From positions 23,559 to 87,558 of the forward strand of contig CAWKKZ010000001.1 of the NCBI GenBank assembly GCA_963850395.1: DNA of 64,000 nucleotides, given 5' to 3'. The position numbers and the translations under genes were made by a program. The notes below the pieces were generated by a model. That model worked only from the letters and a program-made list of their open reading frames with translations, made no database searches and was not told the origin of the DNA. Shown one piece after another: positions 28,078 through 37,816 of the stretch (the first letter of the stretch is position 1; every line of letters begins with the position of its first letter). This stretch comes from an uncultured Alphaproteobacteria bacterium (GTDB lineage Bacteria; Pseudomonadota; Alphaproteobacteria; Sphingomonadales; Sphingomonadaceae).

Positions 28078-29814
28078 TTGACCTTGGCTTCGCCTACTGA
28101 CGTCGAACTGCCCAAATCGCGGATAGCCCCGTGGCTGGCGGGGCCGCTGCGCAAGAACCGTGCGATCTATTTCAAGGTCGGCGCGGCGGCAGCGATGATC
28201 AACTTCTTCGCGCTGATCACCGCCTTGTTCACGATGACGGTTTACGACCGGGTGGTTCCCAACAATGCCACCGAATCGCTGATCGGGCTGACCATCGGCC
28301 TTGCCATCGTGGTGATTTTCGACTTCACATTGAAGCTGTTGCGCGCCTATTTCGTCGACGTGGCGGGCGCGCGGATTGACCGCGATATCGGCCGCTCGAT
28401 CTTCCAGCAGATCCTCGACATGCGGCTCGATTTTGGCAAGGGTTCGACCGGCGGGCTGGCCAGCCTGGTCCGTGAAATCGAGACGCTGCGCGATTTCTTT
28501 GCCAGCGCGACGCTGACCGCGCTGGTCGATCTGCCATTCATTTTCATCACCCTGGCGGTAATGGGCTGGATCGGTGGCTGGCTGGTGATGGTGCCGGTGG
28601 TGCTGATCCCGCTGGTGGTGATCACCGGGCTCGCCTCGCAGCCGGTGATGCGGCGCCTGTCCGCCGAATCGCTGGGTGAGGCGATGGGCAAGCAGGCGGT
28701 GCTGGTCGAGACGATCGGCAGCCTTGAGACAGTCAAGTCGGCCAATGCCGGCGCCATGCTGGCCGAACGCTGGGACAAAGCGGTGATGGGCCATGCCGGC
28801 GCTTCACTGCGCCAGCGCGTGGTTTCCACGCTTTCGATCAATATGGCCGGCACCGTGCAGACCCTGGCCTATACCGGGGTGGTGATCTTCGGGGTCTATA
28901 TGATCGCCGATCAGACCCTGACCATGGGCGGGATGATCGCCTGTTCGATCCTGGCCGGGCGCGCGGTGGCGCCGCTGGGCGCGATCGCCCACCTGCTGAC
29001 CCGGATCAACGCGGCGCGCACCGCCTACACCCAGATCGACCGGATGATGCAGCAGCCGCCCGAGGGGCCGGCTGGGGCCGGCCTGCAGATCGGTAAGATC
29101 GAGGGCGGGCTTGAATTCCGCGACGTCGATTTCCGTTATCCCGGAGCGCCCGAACTGGCGCTCACCGGCGTCAACTTCAAGATCAAGCCGGGCGAGCATG
29201 TCGCGCTGATCGGTCCGATTGGCTCGGGCAAATCGACCATCGCGCGGCTGCTGATCGGCCTCTATCCGCCCAGCAGCGGGTTGATCCTGATCGACGGCAC
29301 CGACATCCGCCAGCTCGCCCCGCAGCTGCTGCGCCGCAAGGTGGGGGCGCTGTTCCAGGACAACGTCCTGCTGACCGGCACCATCCGTGAAAACATCATG
29401 CTCGGCCGCGAAGACGTTGATGACGAAGAGATGCTGCGCGCCTCGCGGGTCAGCGGGGCGCACGATTTCATCTCGGCGTTCCCATCGGGCTACGAACTGG
29501 TCATGACCGATCGCGGCGAAGGGCTCTCGGGCGGGCAACGCCAGGCGATCGCCATGGCCCGGGCCCTGGCCGGAAAACCGCCGGTGCTGATCCTCGACGA
29601 GCCGACCTCGTCGGTCGATACCGAAACCGAGGGTCGCCTGATCCAGCGGCTGCGCGACGAATTCGAGGGGCGCACGCTGATCCTGATCACGCACCGTCCG
29701 TCGATGCTGGCCCTGGTCGATCGGGTGATCCTGATGGCGCGCGGTCGCGTGGCGATGGATGGCACGCCCGAGCAGATCACCGGCCGGGTCCGGGCCATAT
29801 CCGCAGCGAGGTAA
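28078..29814 (+). CDS. T1SS ABC transporter (permease/ATPase) lacking an N-terminal C39-like domain
   Basis: MTVYDRVVPN, GPIGSGKST (Walker A), LSGGQRQ, LILDEPTS; TTG start at 28078 or 28084. Confidence 0.95.
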   Translation: MTLASPTDVELPKSRIAPWLAGPLRKNRAIYFKVGAAAAMINFFALITALFTMTVYDRVVPNNATESLIGLTIGLAIVVIFDFTLKLLRAYFVDVAGARIDRDIGRSIFQQILDMRLDFGKGSTGGLASLVREIETLRDFFASATLTALVDLPFIFITLAVMGWIGGWLVMVPVVLIPLVVITGLASQPVMRRLSAESLGEAMGKQAVLVETIGSLETVKSANAGAMLAERWDKAVMGHAGASLRQRVVSTLSINMAGTVQTLAYTGVVIFGVYMIADQTLTMGGMIACSILAGRAVAPLGAIAHLLTRINAARTAYTQIDRMMQQPPEGPAGAGLQIGKIEGGLEFRDVDFRYPGAPELALTGVNFKIKPGEHVALIGPIGSGKSTIARLLIGLYPPSSGLILIDGTDIRQLAPQLLRRKVGALFQDNVLLTGTIRENIMLGREDVDDEEMLRASRVSGAHDFISAFPSGYELVMTDRGEGLSGGQRQAIAMARALAGKPPVLILDEPTSSVDTETEGRLIQRLRDEFEGRTLILITHRPSMLALVDRVILMARGRVAMDGTPEQITGRVRAISAAR

Positions 29815-29817
29815 ACG

Positions 29818-31122
29818 ATGTCCAGACTGCTCGATCTTCTCAAAGGCGACGAAGCCGAACTCGAAGAACAGGAATTCGCCGCCAAGCGCTCGGCCGGTCT
29901 GATTATCTGGCTGATCGCCGGATTTCTCGCGCTGTTCCTGCTGTGGGCGTGGCTGACCGAGCTCGACCGCTCGGTCAGCGGGGTTGGCCGGGTGGTGCCG
30001 AACTCGAAAATGCAGGTGGTTTCCAACTTCGAAGGCGGCGTGATCGAGGAAATCGTCGTCAAGCCCGGACAGCTGGTGAAGAAAGGCGACATCCTGGTTC
30101 GCCTCTCGCCAACAATGAGCACGGCCGAGCAAGGCAGCAATTCAGCTTCGGTCGACGCCTTGCGCGCCAAGGTCGCGCGCCTCAACGGCGAAGTCCGGGG
30201 CACCGCGCCCAGCTATGCCGGGGTAGCCGCCAGCCAGATCGCGATCGAGCGATCGCTACACAGCGCGCGCAGCGCCGAGCTCTCCGGCCTGGTTGCGGCG
30301 GGCAATGCCCGCGGGGTTCAGGCCGAACGCTCGGTTGCGGAAGCCCAGTCGATCCTTGCCGCGCGGCAATCCAACCTTTCGACCGCGCAGCGCGAGCTTG
30401 AAATGCTGCGGCCCCTGGCTGAACGGGAAATCGTCAGCCGGATCGACCTGATCAAGGCCGAGAACGCCGCGGTCGTCGCTCAGAACGAAGTCGCCGCCGC
30501 CCAGGCCTCAGTCGCACGCGCCCAATCGGGCGTCGCCGAGGCCCGCGCCTCCGCCGCTCAGGCCCGCAGCGACTGGTTGAGCCGCGCCGGGCTGGAACTG
30601 ACTACAGCCCAGGCCGAACTGAATGCGCGGGTACAATCGATGCCGGCCTATAGCGACAAGGTTGATCGCACCACAATCCGCGCGCCGATGACCGGCCGGG
30701 TCAACCGCATGCTGGTGACAACGGTGGGCGGCTCGGTTTCTGCGGGCATGCCGATCGCCGAGATCGTCCCGACCGAGGATGCGCTGTATGTCGAGGCGAT
30801 GGTCCGCCCGCAGGACATTGCCAATGTCGGCATGCGCCAGAAGGCCCGGATCGAGATCACCGCCTACCGCTCGGCGGTCTATGGCACGCTCGATGGCGAG
30901 GTCACTTCGATCTCGCCCGATGCGGTCGTCAACGAAGAGACCGGCGAATCGTTCTATACCGTCGAGGTTCGAACCTCTGCCGCTCTGATGCATGAGGGCA
31001 AGAAGCTGGAGATCGGACCGGGCATGGTCGCCAATGTCAGCTTGCTGGGCGACAAGCGTTCGGTGCTGTCGTACATTTTCTCACCGCTCACCCGGCTTTC
31101 GGAGAAGGCCTTCCGCGAATGA
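29818..31122 (+). CDS. HlyD family T1SS periplasmic adaptor
   Basis: N-terminal TM, GRVVP...QVVSNFEGG, IRAPMTG, EIVP, GPGMVA. Confidence 0.95.
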   Translation: MSRLLDLLKGDEAELEEQEFAAKRSAGLIIWLIAGFLALFLLWAWLTELDRSVSGVGRVVPNSKMQVVSNFEGGVIEEIVVKPGQLVKKGDILVRLSPTMSTAEQGSNSASVDALRAKVARLNGEVRGTAPSYAGVAASQIAIERSLHSARSAELSGLVAAGNARGVQAERSVAEAQSILAARQSNLSTAQRELEMLRPLAEREIVSRIDLIKAENAAVVAQNEVAAAQASVARAQSGVAEARASAAQARSDWLSRAGLELTTAQAELNARVQSMPAYSDKVDRTTIRAPMTGRVNRMLVTTVGGSVSAGMPIAEIVPTEDALYVEAMVRPQDIANVGMRQKARIEITAYRSAVYGTLDGEVTSISPDAVVNEETGESFYTVEVRTSAALMHEGKKLEIGPGMVANVSLLGDKRSVLSYIFSPLTRLSEKAFRE

Positions 31123-31916
31123 GCGAAGCGGAAATTACCGTCGCTGCGCAAGGTCCGGTCGAAATCGTCAGCCTCAACCGGCCAGAGCGGCTCAACGCGA
31201 TGAACGAGCCGCTGATTTGCGCGCTGCTCGATTACTTCACCGGTCTGGCCCAGCGCCACGAAGTGCGCGTGGTAGTGCTCCGCGCCGAGGGCCGGGCGTT
31301 TTGCGCCGGGCTTGATCTGACCGGCTGGCCGCGCGATCCCGATGCCGAAGCGATCCACCAGTCTTGGCGCACCCAGCGGATGATCGCGGCGGTGATGCAG
31401 GCGATGCGCAAGTGCCCGCAGCCGGTGATAGCGGCTGCACAAGGCGCGGCCTGCGGCGGCGGCTTTTCGCTGCTGCTGGCCAGCGACGTGCGCTATGCCG
31501 CGCCCGACCTCAAGGCCAATGCCGCTTATATCAAGATCGGCCTGGGCGGCTGTGACATGGGGTCGAGCTATTTCCTGCCGCGGCTGGTGGGCAGTTCGGT
31601 CGCCGCCGAATACCTCCTCACCGGCAAGTTCATGACCGCCGAGAAGGCCTTGGCTTGCGGGCTGGTAAGCGCGATTGTGCCGCATGCAGAGCTGCTGCCA
31701 ACGGCCATGGCGCTGGCCGAGGACATGCTCCAAACCTCGCCAATGGGCCTGCGCCTGACCAAGGACGCGCTCAACCTCAACATCGACGCAGCCTCGATGG
31801 AGCATGCCTTTGCACTAGAGGATCGCCAGCAGGTAATGCTGGGTCAGGCCGGTGATTTTGCCGAAGCCAGGGCCGCGTTCTTCGAGAAGCGTCCGCCTAA
31901 CTGGTCCGATACCTAG
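31119..31916 (+). CDS. Enoyl-CoA hydratase/isomerase family protein
   Basis: LNRPERLNAM, AFCAGLDL, GAACGGG, DMGSSYFLPRLVG. Confidence 0.92.
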   Translation: MSEAEITVAAQGPVEIVSLNRPERLNAMNEPLICALLDYFTGLAQRHEVRVVVLRAEGRAFCAGLDLTGWPRDPDAEAIHQSWRTQRMIAAVMQAMRKCPQPVIAAAQGAACGGGFSLLLASDVRYAAPDLKANAAYIKIGLGGCDMGSSYFLPRLVGSSVAAEYLLTGKFMTAEKALACGLVSAIVPHAELLPTAMALAEDMLQTSPMGLRLTKDALNLNIDAASMEHAFALEDRQQVMLGQAGDFAEARAAFFEKRPPNWSDT

Positions 31917-32692
31917 CCCTGTTGCATGCGGCCGCGCTCCAGCACTGCGCGGCGACGGCTTTCGACATCTTCGGCGTTGACTGCTCGGTTGGCGGCCGAC
32001 GAGCGGGTGTGTTCGATCGCCAGACCCTCGCCCAAATTCACCGCGTAGCCTTCATCGATCAGCGCCTTATAGGCTTGCACCATGCCAGGATCCGCAGAGG
32101 CGATGTCATTGGCAAGCGCCACGGCGGCCGGCAACAGTTCGTCTGGCGCCACCACCCGGTTGACCAGCCCCCAGGCGCAGGCCGTCTGGGCGTCGAGGAA
32201 ATTGCCGGTCAACGAGAGCTCCTTGGCCCGCGAGATTCCGATCAGCCGTGAAAGCTTCTGCGACAGTCCCCAGCCGGGCATGATCCCGACCCGCGCGTGG
32301 GTATCGGCAAAGCGGGCGTTTTCTGACGCGATCAAGATGTCGCAGGCCAATGCCAGCTCGAAACCTCCGGTGATCGCCACCCCGTTGATCGCCCCGATCA
32401 CCGGCTTGCGGCATTGCTCGATCGCTTTGACCGGGTTGGCCAGGGCATCTTCGGCATTGGCCGCACCGAGGTTTGAGGTATCGGCCCCCAGCTCCTTGAG
32501 GTCGAGCCCGGCAGTGAAGGCGCGGGTTCCGGCGCCGGTGAGCACCACCGCGCGGATCCGCTCCTCCCCATCAAGCTCGCGCATCGCCTGGGCCAGCTGT
32601 GCCCGCAGGCCGCGGGAGAGCGCGTTCATTGCCTCAGGCCGGTTGAGTGTCACCACCGCCACCGCGCCCTCGCGCTCGACCGTTACTAGCAT
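31913..32692 (-). CDS. Enoyl-CoA hydratase
   Basis: LNRPEAMNAL, AFTAGLDL, GVAITGGFELALACD, FADTHARVG. Confidence 0.92.
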   Translation of the reverse strand: MLVTVEREGAVAVVTLNRPEAMNALSRGLRAQLAQAMRELDGEERIRAVVLTGAGTRAFTAGLDLKELGADTSNLGAANAEDALANPVKAIEQCRKPVIGAINGVAITGGFELALACDILIASENARFADTHARVGIMPGWGLSQKLSRLIGISRAKELSLTGNFLDAQTACAWGLVNRVVAPDELLPAAVALANDIASADPGMVQAYKALIDEGYAVNLGEGLAIEHTRSSAANRAVNAEDVESRRRAVLERGRMQQG

Positions 32693-32703
32693 TGCCTCTC
32701 CCC

Positions 32704-33456
32704 TTACTCGAATTCGGCGTTCTCTCGGATCGTTGCCCATTGCCGGCCATCGTGACCGAACAGGATGCGGGTGCCGCCAGCACGGACCTTGGCGAGACGC
32801 TCAAAGGTCAGCAAGCCCTGTTCGAGGTCAGCAGTGGCCCTGGGCAGGACCATGACGTCGAGATTGCGCTCGGTATAGCAGCAGTCCCCAGCGAGCAGCA
32901 CTTCGCCTTTCTCCAGCCGCACGATCACGCTCTGATGGCCGTGGGTATGGCCCCATGTCGGCACAATTCGCACCGTGCCATCGCCAAACAGGTCGTGCTC
33001 GCCATCGATCAGCTTGATCGGCTGGCCGGTGTCGAAATCGACCGGGTCATACAGCCCTGGCTCGGCGGAAGTGGTGGCATCCCACTCGCGGCGCTGGAGG
33101 ATCACCGTGGCATTGGGCAGCAAAGCGTTGCCGCCGCAGTGGTCGAGGTGAAGGTGCGAATTGACGATCCAGTCGATGCTGTCCGGATCGACTTCGATGG
33201 CCGTGAGCCGGGTCGCAATGTCCATCCCCTCAAACCATTGCAGACCAAATTTGTTGGGCGGCAAGGCATCGCCCAGCTCGCGGCGCAGCCGCACTCCCAT
33301 CCCGGTATCGAACAGCGCCCGGCCCCTGGGATGTTCGATCAGATAGGCGGGAACCGGCCCCCGCAGATAGTCACCCTCGTCACCTTCGACGAAATAGCCA
33401 GGGCGGCACTGGAACCAGCCGCAGTTGAAGGCGTAGAGCCGGATCATCGCCGTCAA
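32704..33456 (-). CDS. N-acyl-homoserine lactonase family (AiiA-like) metallo-beta-lactamase fold protein
   Basis: LFDTG, SHLHLDHCGG (HxHxDH), GHTHGH, LAGDCCY, GHD. Confidence 0.85.
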   Translation of the reverse strand: MTAMIRLYAFNCGWFQCRPGYFVEGDEGDYLRGPVPAYLIEHPRGRALFDTGMGVRLRRELGDALPPNKFGLQWFEGMDIATRLTAIEVDPDSIDWIVNSHLHLDHCGGNALLPNATVILQRREWDATTSAEPGLYDPVDFDTGQPIKLIDGEHDLFGDGTVRIVPTWGHTHGHQSVIVRLEKGEVLLAGDCCYTERNLDVMVLPRATADLEQGLLTFERLAKVRAGGTRILFGHDGRQWATIRENAEFE

Positions 33457-34247
33457 TCCTTGAGCCGGACTTGCGACGACTGGCCATCATCGACCCGGAT
33501 CACAGCGCCGGTCACGCATTCGCTCGCCGGACTGACTAGGAAAAGTAAGGTAGAATCGACCTGGGCGGGTACGAACACCCGCTTTCTGGGCAGGTTCGGC
33601 GCAGGATTGCCGCCCATCCGCGCGAACATTCCGTCGGTCATTTCCGATACGAACATCCCCGGAGCGATCGCGTTGACGTTGATCCGGTAGGGCGACCACT
33701 CCATCGCCAGGGTCTCGGTCATCCGCGCCACCGCGGTCTTGGTGGTGGCATAGAGCGCCGCCGCACCGCCGGTGTACTGGAAGTGCGCGACCGAACTGAT
33801 GTTGACGATGTTGCCGCCCTTGCCCGCCGCGATCAGCCGCCGCGCCACTTCGCAGCACATGATCCACGGCCCGCGCAGATTGGTCCCGAGCACCTGGTCG
33901 ATCGCCGCGACGCTCATCTTGTGAGCCCATTGCGCATCGGGGATGCCGGCGTTGTTGACCAGGATGTCGATCGTCCCGAACGCCGCCTCGCCGGCAGCGA
34001 CTGCGGCAAGCAGGCTGTCAGCATCGGTCGCGTCCATTTGCACAGCCAGCGCCTTGCCGCCAGCTGCGACAATCTCGGCGGCGAGGGCATCGAGCCGATC
34101 CTTGCGCCGCGCGCAGAGTACCACTGCGGCGCCTTGGGCGGCGAGCACCCGGGCGAAGCGCTCGCCCAGGCCCGAGGAAGCGCCAGTGACCAGCGCGACG
34201 CGGCCAGACAAGTCGTTCGAGACGTTGGGAAGGGGGAAGTTGCTCAT
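33453..34247 (-). CDS. Short-chain dehydrogenase/reductase
   Basis: TGASSGLG, LVNNAG, YATTK, VNAIAPG. Confidence 0.92.
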   Translation of the reverse strand: MSNFPLPNVSNDLSGRVALVTGASSGLGERFARVLAAQGAAVVLCARRKDRLDALAAEIVAAGGKALAVQMDATDADSLLAAVAAGEAAFGTIDILVNNAGIPDAQWAHKMSVAAIDQVLGTNLRGPWIMCCEVARRLIAAGKGGNIVNISSVAHFQYTGGAAALYATTKTAVARMTETLAMEWSPYRINVNAIAPGMFVSEMTDGMFARMGGNPAPNLPRKRVFVPAQVDSTLLFLVSPASECVTGAVIRVDDGQSSQVRLKD

Positions 34248-34248
34248 C

Positions 34249-34842
34249 TCAGTCTCCGGTTGCGGCTTCAATGACGTCGCGCAGGCGGTCCTTGCCGAAA
34301 TAGAGTTCCTCGCCCAGCAGGAAGCTGGGAATCCCGAACACCCCGCGCGCCACGGCAGCTTCGGTATTGGCGACCAGCCGCGCCTTGATCTCGGGATCGC
34401 CGACTGCTTCGGTCAGTGCGGCGGGCAGCCCGGCCTCGGCCAGCGCCGCCTGCCACACGTTCGGATCGTCCATCTTGAGGCCGCGCTCCCACATCGCGGC
34501 GAACATCGCCTCGGTATAGGCCGGCGCGCAGCCCAGCGCCTCGGCCGCCACCGCGCCGCGCATCATCTGCAGGGTATTGACCGGGAAATGCGGGTTCATT
34601 GTATAGCCCGTGATCGCGTGTCTGGCGATGAAACGGCGCATCTCGAGCATGTCGTAGGCGCGCTTGGCGGCAATGTGGCCATAGGCCTGCATCGGGCTCT
34701 GGTTGCCGGTTGCCTTGAATATCCCGCCGAGCAGCACCGGCGTGTAGCGAAAGTTGGCCTTGCCCTGGGCCAGGATCGCACGGTGGACCAAGTAGGCGTT
34801 GGGGCTGCCAAAATCGTAAAGGAACTCGATCGTTTGCGGCAT
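34249..34842 (-). CDS. 2-hydroxychromene-2-carboxylate isomerase / DsbA-family protein
   Basis: FLYDFGSPNAY, PVLLGGIFK, FPVNT, RGVFGIPSF, YFGKDRL. Confidence 0.88.
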   Translation of the reverse strand: MPQTIEFLYDFGSPNAYLVHRAILAQGKANFRYTPVLLGGIFKATGNQSPMQAYGHIAAKRAYDMLEMRRFIARHAITGYTMNPHFPVNTLQMMRGAVAAEALGCAPAYTEAMFAAMWERGLKMDDPNVWQAALAEAGLPAALTEAVGDPEIKARLVANTEAAVARGVFGIPSFLLGEELYFGKDRLRDVIEAATGD

Positions 34843-35552
34843 CACCAGGCCTCCCCAAAGGGCCGGATTTCCTGCTCGAAAGTCCAGGCCGTGCGCGGCT
34901 GATTGAACAGCGCCCAATAGGCATCGGCGATCGCGGCCGGCGGCATCAGCAGATCAGGCTGCGCGGCCAGCGCGTCGGCGCCGATCCGTTCGGTCACCCG
35001 CGCGCGGACCCAGGCGGTATCGACCCCGGCGTCAATCACCAGATGGGCGACGTGGATCCCCTGCGGCCACAGCTCGCGCGCCGCCGACTGGGCCATCGCG
35101 CGCAGCCCGGACTTGGCGGCGGCAAAGGCGGCATAGCCGGGATTGCCGCGCATGCCCGCGGTTGCGCCGGTGACGAAGATCGCCCCCTCCCCGCGCGGCA
35201 CCATGATCCGCGCCGCTTCACGCACCGAGACGAACCCGGCGAAGCAGGCCATTTCCCAGACCTTGCGGAACACCCGATCGGTGGTTTCCAGCAGCGGGAA
35301 CTGGACGTTGGCACCGACGTTGAACACTGTCAGCGCCAGCGGGGCGATAGCTTCGGCCTCATCCAGAAAGGCGGCGACATCCTCGGGTACCCGGGCATCG
35401 AGCGAGCGGCCGCTGATCGCTCCGCCGAGCAGCGGCGCCAGCTTGTCACCATTGCGGCGCCCGGCGTGGACGGCAAAGCCCTCGGCGGCGAACTTGCGCA
35501 CGATCGCGGCGCCAATATGGTCGCCCGCGCCGATCACCGCGACCGACCTCAT
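34842..35552 (-). CDS. Short-chain dehydrogenase/reductase (YciK/DHRS-like)
   Basis: IGAGDHIG, TGATAGMRG, FAAAKSGLR, HVAHLVIDA. Confidence 0.88.
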   Translation of the reverse strand: MRSVAVIGAGDHIGAAIVRKFAAEGFAVHAGRRNGDKLAPLLGGAISGRSLDARVPEDVAAFLDEAEAIAPLALTVFNVGANVQFPLLETTDRVFRKVWEMACFAGFVSVREAARIMVPRGEGAIFVTGATAGMRGNPGYAAFAAAKSGLRAMAQSAARELWPQGIHVAHLVIDAGVDTAWVRARVTERIGADALAAQPDLLMPPAAIADAYWALFNQPRTAWTFEQEIRPFGEAW

Positions 35553-35995
35553 TTGCGCTCCAGCGGGATCACCGCCATCGTCAGCCGCGAAATGCAGATC
35601 AGCTTGCGGGCCTCATCCTCGATCCGGATCGACCAGACCTGCGTGGTCCGGCCCAGCGCTTCGGGCCGGGCGGTGGCATTGACCCAGCCTTCATAGGCCG
35701 GGCGGATATGGTTAGCGTTGATCTCCATGCCGACCGCGACGAATTTCGTGCGATCGACGCAATAACTGGCAGCGACCGAACCGATCGTTTCCGCCAGCAC
35801 CACCGAAGCACCGCCGTGGAGCCGCTTGAATGGCTGCTGGGTGCGGTGATCGACCGGCATGCGGGCGCGAACCCAGTCATCTCCGCAGTCAAGAAATTCG
35901 ATGCCAAGCAGGCCAGGCATGAAGCCTTCGCCCAGCGCGTTCATCGATTCCAGCGGCGGGAGCTCGTCACCCCACCAGATTGTTGCGTTTCCCAT
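35549..35995 (-). CDS. Hotdog-fold thioesterase (PaaI/MenI-like)
   Basis: QQPFKRLHGGASVVLAET, GMEINANH, TTQVWSIRI. Confidence 0.92.
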   Translation of the reverse strand: MGNATIWWGDELPPLESMNALGEGFMPGLLGIEFLDCGDDWVRARMPVDHRTQQPFKRLHGGASVVLAETIGSVAASYCVDRTKFVAVGMEINANHIRPAYEGWVNATARPEALGRTTQVWSIRIEDEARKLICISRLTMAVIPLERK

Positions 35996-36206
35996 TGCAA
36001 CCCAGACTGGCGCAAGAACCGGTCGCTGGCAACGCCCTATAGGCCTAGCTCGGGAAGCCCGGGATGATCGTTGGGCCGGCGTCCCTGCGGCCATGCAAAC
36101 AGGCACTAGCCGCCGGACGTCTGGTCGAAGCCGCGCGCGGCAAATCGCCCGCCACCCGCGCCTTCATTGAAGCCATGCGTCAACGCGCAGCCGAAGGCCG
36201 CTGGAA

Positions 36207-37736
36207 CTAGGCGGCCTCGGTGACCTTCTTCCCCGCCCGAACCCCATCGTAGAGGAACTCGCTCCCCTCAAGGTCGATCGCCGGGATCTGTTCCTTTTCG
36301 CGCCAGTAATCCTGATTGTGGCGCCATTCGGGCTTGGCGCCGCGGCGCGGCATCGCGTCGAGCCCGCGCTTCAGGTAACCGGGGTTGAAGTTGTCATCCT
36401 CGATCCACGGCAAGATTTCCATGTCACGGTCCTCGTCACGCAAAGCGACGTCGACCCGCTTGGCGCCGCGTTTGTCCATGTGGTTGAGCAACCGGCAGAC
36501 GAGATCGCCCAATATATCGACCCGCAGCGTCCAGCTTGCGCGGAAATAGCCGAACACCCAGACCACATTTGGCACTCCGGTGAACATCATGCCGCGGTAA
36601 TTGACCGTATCGCTCCAATCGACCGGCTTGCCATCGACCGTGAAGGGAATGCCGCCCATGACCAGCAGCTTGAAGCCGGTGCAGACGACGATGAGGTCGG
36701 CCTCAAGCTCTTCGCCGCCCTTGGTCCGCAGACCCGTCTCAGTAAAGGTATCGATCTCGTCGGTAACCACGCTGACCTTGCCGGCGGCAGCGGCCTGGAA
36801 CAGATCGCCTTCGGGGCAAAACGCAACGCGCTGTTGCCACGGCCGATACTTGGGGACGAAATGCGGCTCGATCGGGAAATCCGCTCCGGCATAGGCGCGG
36901 ATCGCCTCCTTCAGTTCCTCGATCACGACGTCAGGTTCCTCGACGCAGCGGCGCGTGATCGTTTCAAAGTCGTGCGCAATCGACTGGCGAACCACGCGGT
37001 GGATGGTCGGCTCGTCCACTTCGATTTCACGCAGGCGGTTGGCCAACACGTTCTCGTTGGGTTGGCACAGAAAATAGGTCGGCGAGCGCTGCAGCATTGT
37101 CACATGCGCCGCCTTTTCGGCCATGGCCGGGATGACAGTGGCAGCGGTGGCGCCGGACCCGATTATCAGCACCCGTTTATCGGTATAGTCGGTCGCCGGA
37201 TCCCACAGCTGGGCGTGAACCATCTGGCCCTGATAGCGCTCCATCCCCGGCCATTCGGGGGTGTAGGGGTTCTCGTGATCGTAATAGCCCTGGCACATCC
37301 AAAGGAAGTTGCAGGTAAAGCTGACCGCGGCGCCATCGGATTTGCGCACTGCCTCAACCGTCCAGAGGTTGGCCTTGGAGTCCCAGGCGCAGCCGGTGAT
37401 ACGGTGGCCATAGCGGATATGCGGGGCGATCCCGTTCTCCTCGATCACTTCGGCCATATAGCGCAGGATCTTGTCCGAAGTGGCGATTGGCGCGTCGATC
37501 CACGGCTTGAACCGGTAGCCGAAGGTGTAAAGGTCCGAATCCGAGCGTACTCCCGGATATTTGTGGGTTTCCCAGGTGCCGCCGTGGCTGTCCTTCATCT
37601 CGAGGATAGCATAGCTCTTGCCCGGACACTGGTCTTGCAAGTGATAGGCCGAACCAATGCCCGAAATCCCGGCGCCGACGATCAGCACATCGACGTGGGT
37701 TGTGGCAGCTGGCCGGGCAGTGGTCTGGGCATCCAT
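36207..37736 (-). CDS. Flavin-containing monooxygenase (EthA-like Baeyer-Villiger type)
   Basis: GAGISG, GGTW...YPGVRSDSD, IGSGATA, LQRSPTY, YRGMM, GYFRASWTL. Confidence 0.92.
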   Translation of the reverse strand: MDAQTTARPAATTHVDVLIVGAGISGIGSAYHLQDQCPGKSYAILEMKDSHGGTWETHKYPGVRSDSDLYTFGYRFKPWIDAPIATSDKILRYMAEVIEENGIAPHIRYGHRITGCAWDSKANLWTVEAVRKSDGAAVSFTCNFLWMCQGYYDHENPYTPEWPGMERYQGQMVHAQLWDPATDYTDKRVLIIGSGATAATVIPAMAEKAAHVTMLQRSPTYFLCQPNENVLANRLREIEVDEPTIHRVVRQSIAHDFETITRRCVEEPDVVIEELKEAIRAYAGADFPIEPHFVPKYRPWQQRVAFCPEGDLFQAAAAGKVSVVTDEIDTFTETGLRTKGGEELEADLIVVCTGFKLLVMGGIPFTVDGKPVDWSDTVNYRGMMFTGVPNVVWVFGYFRASWTLRVDILGDLVCRLLNHMDKRGAKRVDVALRDEDRDMEILPWIEDDNFNPGYLKRGLDAMPRRGAKPEWRHNQDYWREKEQIPAIDLEGSEFLYDGVRAGKKVTEAA

Positions 37737-37757
37737 CAACGACTCTCCTTGGGGCGC

Positions 37758-37775
37758 CTTAATCGCGCGATTAAG
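37758..37775. promoter_or_regulatory. Perfect 18-bp palindrome, putative operator
   Basis: CTTAATCGCGCGATTAAG just upstream of the monooxygenase RBS. Confidence 0.5.
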
Positions 37776-37816
37776 CCCTTAATCGGAGCAAATGCCAAGC
37801 GGGTAATTGTTGAGCG

